Shown here in pieces: positions 59,991 to 64,000 of a stretch of 64,000 bases of DNA (positions are counted from its first letter, which is position 1; each line of letters begins with the position of its first letter). The position numbers and the translations under genes are program-made. The stretch is from Octopus vulgaris (taxonomy: Eukaryota), in the NCBI GenBank assembly GCA_951406725.2, contig OX597823.1, positions 28,148,001 through 28,212,000 on the forward strand, written 5' to 3'. The notes beneath the pieces were generated by a model that worked only from the letters and a program-made list of their open reading frames with translations, was not told the DNA's origin and did no database searches.

Positions 59991-60954
59991 TTGAAATACT
60001 TTATTTTTGGTTTGTGCATGTATGTGTATGTGTGCATACATGTGTGTGCCTGCGTGTGTGCATGTGTGTGTGTGTGTGCGGAAGTGTGTGTATGTCTTTG
60101 TGATTTTATTTGTCCCCACCGCCTGCCATTCAGTTTTGGTTTGTTTACGCCTCGTAACTTAGTGGTTCGGCGATAATGACGACAGAGTAAATACCAGGCT
60201 GAAAAATATAAGTAATGCAGTCAATTAGTTCCATTAAAACCCTTGAAAGCGATTCGCCTCTATAGCAGCAGGCCATTGACCGAAAATGCTAACGTCGAAA
60301 AGACATTAAAACAATGGAGGCGTTGGGTTTTACTAAAAGCTGCTCAGCAGCAGTCGACAAATGACAGATTACCGATTTCTAATACCAACTAATCACAACG
60401 TTATTAACATCAGGAAATCTTTCCTTTCGCTCACTAATGTACTAACCTTTAGCTTTACTTAAACCATCGTCTCTGGTGATAGCTGCATCTAGGCTTGATT
60501 AATGAGGTAATCTTAAATGTTCTTAAAAAGCACTGCTGTAACTAGTTTTTCTCAATTTCGTTTGGAGATACATGAACATCGAATGCCTGATTCTTCGATT
60601 GGCAGACGTATAATTTTCTGATTGTACTTGACAAAGGTATTTGATCGAATTGCTTTCATCTTCTCAGATGTATAGTGACATATACCAGGATGTGATCACT
60701 TGAACAACTGACTTAGTGTGTCGCTCTCTTTTGTCGGTATTTTACATTACTACTGGACATAATATACAACAGGAAAATTTAATGCAGCTAAACTACAGAT
60801 ATTAAAGACTCCGCTGCAGAATTTAAACAGATTTAAGCACATCTTTATTCTCGTTGTTTATAGAAAATACAGGAACATTCTCTGACGCGTTTCAAAGATC
60901 GTTGTTTAATCATAAGAAAACGAGTATCGATCATTCGTCTGCTCACAAAAATTT

Positions 60955-61323
60955 GAGGTACTCCGTCGGTTACGACGACGAGGGTTCCAGTTGATCCGAT
61001 CAACGGAACAGCCTGCTCGTAAGATTAACGTGCAAGTGGTTGAGCACTCCACAGACACGTGTACCCTTAACGCAGTTCTCGGGGGAGATTCAGCGTGACA
61101 AGGCTGGCATTTTGAAATACAGGTACAACACAAACAGGAAGAAAGAGTGAGAGAAAGTTCTGGTGAAAGAATACAGTAGAGTTCGCCATCACCCCCTGTC
61201 GGAGCCTTGTGGAGCTTCAGGTGTTTTCGCTAAATAAACACTCACAACGTCCGGTCTGGGAATCGGAACCGCGATCCTACGACCGCGAGTCCGCTGCCCT
61301 AACCACTGGGTCATTGCGCTTCC
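60955..61323 (-). mobile_element. tRNA-derived SINE family A, second full copy
   Basis: Reverse complement of 11361-11740; imperfect TSD ctcacaaaaat / ctcacgaaaat. Confidence 0.9.
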
Positions 61324-62276
61324 ACTCACGAAAATAATGAACATAGGAATTGTTAGTTTAAGAACATTTCTGTAACGGCCATAGTAATTTGCATATTATA
61401 CGTCTGTCATTGCCGTGATTACATAATTAAAAAATATTTGATACATATCATGTGAAGGGAATAACAAAATATATTAACATCTATTAAGTAGCACAGAATT
61501 GTTTTGAAAACTGGAGTTTAACTATTTTAAATTTAATTTCGGCTGCTGAACAAAAGTTGTGTGTAAAATATTCATTAGGCACGCAGTGATTGGTGCTTCT
61601 CATTGATGAGGTTCAGCAGACCGAAATCACATGATATAGGAATTCCAGTGCCCATTGAGAGATGAATATATCTGCTTTTATGCATCAAGCGCTAATATGA
61701 CAGGATCTCTCAAGTTGTTCTAGCACCAGTGTTCGATATTCTAACAAGGCAACCATATTAAGATGGATATAAATATTGCTTTTAGTTACTAATAATGCTT
61801 CTGCCGCCAGTAATTAATATATTTATATACATGTGTGTATGTTACTGGTTTTTGTCTTGTGTGTGCATGTGTGCGTGCGTGAGTGTGTGTGTATACTCAC
61901 GCGCCTGTGTATGTGTGTGTGTGACTTTGTGATAGTGTTTCTCCCCGACTATCGCCTGGCAACATAACAAGTGCTGCGTTTTTTAAAAGGCTGACTGGCT
62001 AATTGCGACATGAGCACCTATTCTATATATCGCTAGCGGGGAGAAGAATCTAGCGGTCGAGCGTCCATCACTAACGAGAGCAAAGAAAGTTGGAACAACG
62101 TGATCTGTTACTCTCAGGCTCGGAGATGGTGTGAATTTCCCCGTTAGCGATATAAACAAAAGGTCAATACGAGAGTTTCTCTCGTGCTATCTATCGCAGT
62201 GTAGTTTGTTCTAACAGAACATCCACGTTTAAGTTGTGAAAAATATTATCTTTCGGTATTGGTACTGCCGCTGTCG

Positions 62277-62334
<58 letters not shown>

Positions 62335-63088
62335 AAATGTTGACTAGGTCATGTGATCTCGTTTATCAGAACATCCCTGGAGTCAAAGAAGGATAACAAC
62401 AACAACAACTGCTAGAACATCAATGTGAAGAAAGCAAACTGTTTTATATGAAAACGTTAAAAGTCCATTGCTTTAGAAATTTCTTAGTCAGACATTTATC
62501 GTCAACAGAAAACTAACAATGAACGACGTATGTGATTGAAGACTAAATGAAATATAAACTAGACACTTATAAAATTATTTAAGAAATCATATGTGACACA
62601 AGGCAATACTTCCTGTAAATTTACGAGGGACGTATTTCGTGTCACAGTAATGAGGAAGTATATTATATCGACGCTGAAAACAAAAATTATAATAAATCAT
62701 AGAAATGCAAATATTTTTAACAAGGAATATGTTTGCCTTGAATGAATATAAGTAAAATGGTTTAACGATAAAAGGAATTGGTTTTATCACGAATCTAATT
62801 CTAAATGAATCAGTGATACTTTTCTTTTCTTTTATGGCTAAGGAATTTGGATAAATGTTTGAAGCAACATTTGTTGTGTGGTAAAGAAAAATTTAGCTCT
62901 GAAATCACATGGTTCCAGGTTTAATCTCACTGTGCAGCAACTTGGCAAAGTGTTTTAAGAGATTTCGGCTATAGTCCCTCGCCGGCTAAAACCTTGTAAG
63001 GGAATGTGATAGGTGGAAACTGTGTGGAAACTCATCGCATATATGTGTGTGTGTATATGTATGTGTGTGTGTGTGTGTGTGTGCGTGC

Positions 63089-63147
<59 letters not shown>

Positions 63148-63149
<2 letters not shown>

Positions 63150-63348
63150 GTGTGTGCTGAAAAATCTTGGCTTTGGGTAAAAAAATTTAGGGGGATCAGT
63201 TAATTATGATTTTATTCAACATATTCCCTTCTCAGATTCACAAACTATTGCAGTGGTCTTTCAGTTTTTTTAAGCCCTGTAAAAGAACTCGGAAGTTTGT
63301 GCCTTCAGCAAAGCCTTTCACTATAGCCAGGAACTTTTAGCACCCCTT
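63148..63348 (-). mobile_element. Mariner-derived MITE
   Basis: Inverted ends gtgctgaaaaatcttggct and agccaggaacttttagcac; interior resembles a transposase 3' end. Confidence 0.7.
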
Positions 63349-63350
63349 TA

Positions 63351-64000
<650 letters not shown>

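Overview
Eukaryotic, AT-rich and extremely microsatellite-dense DNA. It looks intergenic or intronic and has no long intact gene; most ORFs in the track are microsatellite translations. The composition and the tRNA-derived SINE families suggest an octopus (coleoid cephalopod) genome, which is my inference and was not checked by a search. Supported content: a decayed Tx1/L1-clade retrotransposon whose three copies all sit inside (TCTA)n arrays; a cluster of R4/Dong-clade fragments (CCHC plus restriction-like endonuclease) and a 560-bp non-coding companion repeat in (TAA)n arrays; CR1/L2 and RTE 3' ends; several mariner/Tc1 remnants; non-autonomous Helitrons; and many SINE copies from at least four families. 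The most interesting hidden signal is a set of type-I hammerhead-ribozyme motifs in Penelope/retrozyme-like repeats. The best example is a young 362-bp tandem-plus-inverted unit at 21.4-22.1 kb with a U3-A8 compensated core. Also noted are a 139-nt hairpin whose non-Watson-Crick pairs are all G-U on one strand (12.1-12.3 kb) and a speculative chain of phase-compatible micro-exons that would encode a small secreted peptide precursor. All coordinates and alignments were read by eye.
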